From NCBI RefSeq assembly GCF_001194135.2, contig NC_068986.1, forward strand, positions 38,666,683 through 38,706,849: 40,167 bases of DNA, read 5' to 3'. Below, piece by piece: positions 33,611-40,167 of the stretch; position 1 is the first letter of the stretch; each line of letters opens with the position of its first letter. The notes below the pieces were generated by a model. The model saw nothing but the letters and a program-made list of their open reading frames with translations, did not search any database and had not been told where the DNA came from. The stretch comes from Octopus bimaculoides. Taxonomy: Eukaryota. Position numbers and translations under genes: made by a program.

Positions 33611-34901
33611 TACATATATGTGTGATATATATGTGCACGTCTGTAACAGCAAAGGCAATGCTTTCCGACTAGAGACCATCTATACCCTGACACGAGAAGG
33701 ATGGCCCAATTTCCTCTGACATAGAATTTTTCCTGAGAACATCCTAATCTCTGCTGCTAGTGAGGGGCTGGAATTACATTTTAGAAGCATGGTAAGATTT
33801 TGTAGGACCAATGCACAGGAGAAGAGGATGCAAAAGATTCAAAACCTTGCTCAGATATTTCCACTACCTGTTAACAAGTAGTGGCAGGATTTCAAAAATA
33901 ATCACTGCGGTCATGGAGAAACCTTGTCAAATCATCCAGGTCATATCTAGGCAGAGTTTTGTTTGACCAAAACGTCCTACACATCCTTTGAACAATCTCC
34001 ACTATCTGGTTAGGGACAGTGCAGGAGGTTCACAATTCTAACTGGTCAGCAACACAGACGACAAATTTATGATATGCATGATTGACTAAGGACCCACAGA
34101 CAATAACTATTTGCTGGAAGCTGACTGTGTCTAGACTGGTGCACAAACACTACAGGGATTGGAGTAGTGAATTAGTTAAGCAGCAGCCGACAGAGTCATC
34201 ATCAACAACTGATGGTGGGGTGCCCTCAAAATGTTGATGCAATCAGAATTGATTGTGCTTAGTAATGAGCTTGTGTTGGAGCAAAGTAGATTGAAGGGGA
34301 GAGCTAGTTAGCAACAGAAGAGGCAACTAATAAAAGCATTACATCCAATACACCAGCAATGAGAATGATTCCCAATCATTTCACCAATGCAAACTATGAA
34401 GGTAACATTTGTCAGAGCTAGGGCACAAGCACTAAAACATGAGGGAACAAAAGCTGTTTTATAAACTTGTGTGGCAGAGTTACATGTGGCAACAAAACCA
34501 CAATTCAGTCTTTGGTGGACCAGGACAAGTACGAACTTCTCAGGTTCAAGTACAGGTGACAGCTTTCTAGCAGCACTTTGCTTGATTTTTAAGGTAGGCC
34601 AGTGATTGAAGACAGTCGAGAAATTTAGTACCTACCTATGTATCACAGCTTTCAACAGAAGTCACGCGATACTGCAAAAAGCAAACAATAACAGTTGTAA
34701 TACAGGAAATGGATCAGCTGCACGAGGTGCAAATCACGTGGTTCAGTTTTATGTATTCAAACTAGACTTGTTTGGCAACTTCTTAGCAGATGTCATTCAC
34801 AACTGGTAACAGAATGGGAGAATTCCCGGTATTGTAAACCAGGAAGTGATAACACAAACAATACACACACACACACACACACACACAAAAAACATGCATA
34901 A

Positions 34902-34948
<47 letters not shown>

Positions 34949-35962
34949 TGTGTGGATATATGTGTATGTGTATGCATTATTTATATATATATATATATAT
35001 ATATTATTTAGTCAAGGAATGAAAGTTCTATTCTTTACAAGCATTCAGGTTAAATATCCAATTTGAGGTTACCTTCCTCCTTTGATCCCACTAATCTTGG
35101 GGACCCTATAAATGGTTACAGGCACTACCCTTAACTCCCAAGCAATATAAAAAAAAGCCCCAAAAAACTTCACTGTAAAAGTGAGTTGTATCTGCTGGAG
35201 ATTGGCACCCTGTAGATGAGTGTCCCCAAACTTTTGGGGGTTGCCACCCACTTGGCACCCAGGTCACATTCCTAACGCCCCCCTCTCACCTCACCTCACT
35301 GCCACAAACATAGACCACTTTCTGAAGCAAATTCAAAATTCAAATAAAACTTCACTTAATTAACCCACTATTTTGGGGCTTTTACCTCTATCGCCCCCTT
35401 TTGGCCAACCCACTATATTGCTCGACTTTTCTTCAACGCCTCCACCCCACCACCGGATCCTTCCACTACCCCCTCCTCCACCCGGAGAGGGATCATTACT
35501 GCCTATTTTGAGAACCATTGTTATAGACTACTAACTTCCAAGTTATGCAAATATGAGATTTCAATGTCCCCTGATGACTGAGATTCTGTACAATGTGTGA
35601 ATGTGAATGCAAATAAGAGAGATAGAGAGGAAGAAGGAAAAGAGAGATATGGAAACAGAAACACAGAAGAGAGAGAGTTGGTTCTAAAAATAAGAGAGGA
35701 AGAAGACTGGTAAGTCTATGTTTAGGTGTAAATACAAAAAAAAGAAATACTGGAACTGGTTTTTATAAATATGAGAATCATAAAATAGTTTCTTGATTAC
35801 TGATAATTCTGTTATGTATTTGAGAATGGTGGTCAAATATAGCCATCAAGCAGAGGTGGTCAAGGATGGTAGCAAAGCATGACCATACACAGATAAAGTT
35901 TAACCATCACAGTCAAAGGTAGTGTACAAGTAAGGTAGAAACTAATGAGAGACCTTCTATGT

Positions 35963-36483
35963 CAGGGGTTCTCAACCATTTTTTATCTATGGACCCTTTT
36001 GATTACTATTTCATTATGGTGCCCCCCCCTCCCACAGCCATTCAATGTTTAAACATTTGTTTTATAGAATGTTATTTATGAATTTCGTTTTTGGATTTGG
36101 TTTGCAAGATTCTTTACGGGAGTTCATGTGTTGAAGCATATTCTCTTGTGTCTGGGGAGAGTCATTTTTATTTTTGTGCCTTATAATTTAACACACTCAC
36201 TGGTAAAATTTCTACTTATTCCTTATCTTTATTTTCCTAAAATTTTCGTTGCATCTTGCAACCTTTTCAATAGTCTTTATTAACGTTTGCACACTTTAAT
36301 TTGTAGTTTGAATTATGTAAACTGTTAGAGAATGGAACCTAGCTGTTTCTTGCAATACACATCAGTACATACATCTAAAGCAAATTTTTTTCAGGAGCCC
36401 TTAAAATATTATTATTTTGAGTGGACCACCAAAAATCTTATATGGACCTGCAGGGCCAAATGGACCCTGGTTTAGAACCACTG
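35963..36483. mobile_element. hAT (Charlie-like) MITE, 521 bp
   Basis: TIRs CAGGGGTTCTCAACC / GGTTTAGAACCACTG; 8-bp TSD TTCTATGT (35955-35962) / TTCTATAT (36484-36491). Confidence 0.85.
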
Positions 36484-37684
36484 TTCTATATGATAGCTCA
36501 ACATGCTAGAAATAGCAACCAAATCTATCTCACCTCAAATCATACCTTACCACAGTAATTGTCAATTGCTGTTGATGTAGTTGCACACTGGAGATCAATC
36601 AAAAGAAATCATTAATCCATTTCACATGAAAAGTTAAAAATCATTGGTGCACTTATCATTGAGATTTTTAAAAGTTAAACATTTAAAAGAAAATTATGAC
36701 TGACCTTGTTTTGATCATCATCATCATCATCTTCATTGCCATCATCTTTTTAACGTCCACTTTCCATGCTTGCTTGGGTCAGACAGAATTTATTGAGGAA
36801 GATTTTCCCAGGTCACACACCCTTCCTGTTGTTAACCTTCACCTGTTTCCAAGCAAGGTACTATTTTCCTTTGAGCAGACATGTTTTTCATGCAAGACTG
36901 GAAAAGAAATACATTGCTTGTATGATGATGATGATGATGATGATGCTTGTTTAGACTCATTGTAAAATGTCAAGAGAAAGACACACACAGGCATAGACAC
37001 GCACACATGCATGCACACACACACACAGGCATAGACACGCACACATGCATGCACACACACACACACGCACCCACACCCACATACACATATATAAATCCTC
37101 ATAATCATCATCATCCTTTAATGTTTGCTTTCCATGCTGGCATGGGTTGGACAGTTTGACCAGAGCTGGCAAGCAGGAGGGCTGCACCAGATTCCACTCT
37201 GATTTGGCTTGGTTTCATGAACAACCACACATCCTCTTTTAGAATACTAGAAAGGTGCAATATCACATTCCTGGACAGCCATGTATCATGCTTAGAAGAG
37301 GAAGAAAACCCATACATGATTAAATGGAAGCACCTTGAACAGCCAAGAGTTTATATAAACATGAGCTGGTTTAGAAATAACACAGAAAACTTGCTACCTT
37401 GTGGCATCATAGACATGACCAGTTCTGAGTACATCTCACACCACAACCTCACACACACATAGCTAGCTAAATACTAGATGGTATCATACAGTATGGATCC
37501 AGACCAAGCTGAAGCATTGCATATTTATGGTATTGAACTTATGGATAGTTTCCCCAAAGTTTTGATGAGATAGTTTCATACTAAATGCTTACTTAGGTTT
37601 GTCATGAATCCTAGATCTCATATGGCCAGAGCTTAAGTTGGTTTCCATGACATAAAAAGTAACTGAGATTACAGCCCCTCACTT

Positions 37685-38085
37685 TAACAGGATGCTGGTC
37701 CATCACAGATTTAATATCCCAGCTATTGCTGGGACTCATTTACAGCTGAGTGAATGGAAGCAATTGTGAAATGAAGTGTTTTACTCAAGAACACAATGCA
37801 TCACCCAGTCCAAGAATTGAAACCACGATTTTATGATTGTGAATACAACACCCTAACCACTAGACCATGCACCTTCACATGATAAATGCTAGCTGAGACC
37901 TAACTGGTTTTAAATTTTGGCACAAGGCCAGCAATTTTGGGGGAGGGTGTAAGTCGATTTTATTGAACCTGAAAGGACGAAAGGCAAAGTTGAGCTCGCC
38001 GGACTTTGAACTCAGAATGTGAAGATGGAAGAAATGCTGCTAAACATTTTGCCCAGCATGCTAATGATTCTGCCAGCTCACTGTC
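37685..38085 (-). mobile_element. SINE family C (37685-37877) followed by SINE family B (about 37905-38085)
   Basis: Family C core ACTCATTTACAGCTGAGTGAATGG..AAGTGTTTTACTCAAGAACACAATGC; family B motif GAAAGGCAAAGTTGAGCTCG..GAACTCAGAA. Confidence 0.78.
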
Positions 38086-39533
38086 CTTAGCTGAGACATA
38101 AATAACTTGGATTATTGAACAATAACAATGACATACAATAACAACAACAATAGCAGCAGTAGTAGCAAGAACAACAATAAGAGCAACAAGGCTGGCAGCA
38201 AAAACAGCCACAACAGAAATAGTGGCAACAACAAGAATAAAACAGCAATAACAGCAGCAGAAGTAGCAACAACAACAACAATAATGATAAAAGTAACAAC
38301 AACATAATGATTTGTACATCAAAGATACAAACTAATTTCCCATGAACCAAGATATCTAGTGCTCTATTTACAGAGACAGTACAAGAGCCTCACAGAGTTT
38401 TCAAATAACAAAATAGGATTGGCTATATTAGTTGAAATACTGATATGATTCCCCGTTTTGAAAGATGCCATATGCATATCAGTCAGCTTAACATAACATA
38501 GTGAGTTTCAAAAAAACAAACTGCGAGGATGATATCCTACACCAAAATTCTAAAATTTCTGAATAATTAATAACAAAGTTTCGCTCAATAAATACAATTA
38601 TGTAGAAAATAAGAAAAAAACTGCAGGATATTTATGTGGTGTTGAAGTACACAGGAGATTGGTGAGATATGAAGTCTGTTTTGGCCTTTTGCTCTGTTTA
38701 GTTCAGAAGAGGTTTGATTGAGCTTCTTTTTTTTTTTTTTCTGCCTTAAGAAAAACATATTTGCCAAACAAAGCAGAAAAATTCTTAACAATCAGACACT
38801 TCGTTTAGTCTTTTCTTTCAGTTTTTCTTTTTGTTGATTCATCAGTTTATGTTTCTTCTTCTTCTTCTTCTTCTTCTTATTATTATTAGTGTTGTTGCTG
38901 TTGTTGTTGTCATCATCACATCATCATCATCATCATCATCATCATTATCATCATCATCTTTCTGTTTTTTGCAAAGAACCATATCTGTTTTTCCACTCCT
39001 GTACTAGTTGGCTGCTAGCAAAACATATCATGCCAAGACAAGTTAAAATCTGAATATTAAAAAAGAAAAAGAAAAAGAAAAAGGAAAAACAATACAACAA
39101 TCATAATTACTTCAAGATTCATTCATAGCCTTGTGAATTTACAAGAAGTAAAATGAAGCACTAATAAGTTTACCCCTAAGGTTTGTAACCAAATAACACA
39201 TGACTCTGTTAAATCTACTATAATGCCAAATATTGTATGCTATTTCCATTTTACATGGTGATTAAGCTTTGGCTTGGATACTGAACCTGGAGCAAAATAA
39301 AAATTTAAAAAGTCAAATGAAATCAACAAAGAACTTCTCCAAATATTTATCTTCATACTATAAGCTTTGAGCATCTAAACATTAAAAATAAAAACTCAAT
39401 CAGCTAGTAAATATATGAAACACATTTCATATTAATAATATCTTGAAGAAAATAATTTTGTTTGCAAAAATATTTTATCTGGTGATTATTTTAACTTTTA
39501 TGTGTACTTTCTGTGCATATAGGCACGCACACA

Positions 39534-39566
<33 letters not shown>

Positions 39567-39872
39567 TATTATGCCTATAATATTGACACACACGCTGGTT
39601 CAATTCCACTCCTTTATTATTAGTCAATTGGTTAACTATCCAATTAATTGATTATTTGTTTTACTTAATTAAACAGTAAGTCGTTCGTTTTGTTGTTGTT
39701 TTTATTTTGTCAAAGCTCTGTCATTGCAATTTGCAACCTTTTCAGTGACATTTCTCTTGGTCCGTCATGGAAGCTGCATTCATCTGTTGGAGACCTTGTT
39801 GCATGCATGTGTGTGCATGCCAGTGTGTAGTGTGCTTTCACATGTATGAATGTATGCATGCATGTATTCTTC

Positions 39873-39908
<36 letters not shown>

Positions 39909-40167
39909 CATGTGTGTGTGTGTAGTTCTGCTTCCATGTCTGTGCATGTAAATCCTTGTGTGTGTGTGTGTGTGTGTGCACATGTGCCTGTTATGTATAT
40001 ATGTGTGCCTATATATGTTTGTGTGTTTACGTGTATTATGTATATGCTTTGTGTATATATATGTGTGTGCCTGTGCATGTAAGTATATGTACATGTATAT
40101 AAGTGGTGTGTATGTGTGTACATGTGCATGCATAGAGTGTGTGTGTCTGTGCATGTATGTGTGTGAG

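Larger units (their letters stand above)
1..40167. repeat. Dense simple repeats ((TA)n, (CA)n, (GAT)n, (AAT)n, (ATCT)n, (CT)n, (GTT)n, (GGT)n) and nine assembly gaps
   Basis: Gaps at 4087-4265, 4936-4961, 5157-5594, 6548-7337, 7994-8003, 9680-9938, 11446-11719, 12543-12802 and 19888-19993, most bordered by microsatellites. Confidence 0.95.

Noticed and set aside
37217-37462. 81-aa plus-strand ORF
   Set aside because: No recognisable motif, no splice support, and its start lies in a family D repeat.

Overview
Repeat-saturated, AT-rich animal DNA from a fragmented assembly, with nine N-gaps mostly flanked by (TA)n/(CA)n. The SINE, RTE-tail and microsatellite repertoire matches what I recall of octopus genomes; this species call comes from recognition, not a search. 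I find no intact host gene. The only host-derived coding sequence is an apparently processed RYBP/YAF2 copy on the minus strand (6284 to the gap at 5595). It carries a 423-nt in-frame insert exactly at the conserved KGTSTR|KPRLN junction, with two in-frame TGA codons, and it abuts a repeat with a clean internal inversion. The rest is decayed mobile DNA: DD37D (maT) and DD34D (mariner) transposons, TTAA- and hAT-type MITEs, a Helitron 3' end, RTE LINE pieces (one with an apparent twin-priming inversion), three tRNA-derived SINE families and Penelope-like remnants. Three different Penelope-type type I hammerhead ribozyme motifs can be folded by hand (about 8483, 29682 and 33191). One lies in a 240-bp fold-back and one follows a perfect 19-bp palindrome. 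Almost all ORFs in the supplied track are microsatellite, gap or SINE artefacts. Repeat boundaries are read by eye and are approximate (about +/-10-20 nt) unless a TIR or TSD is quoted.
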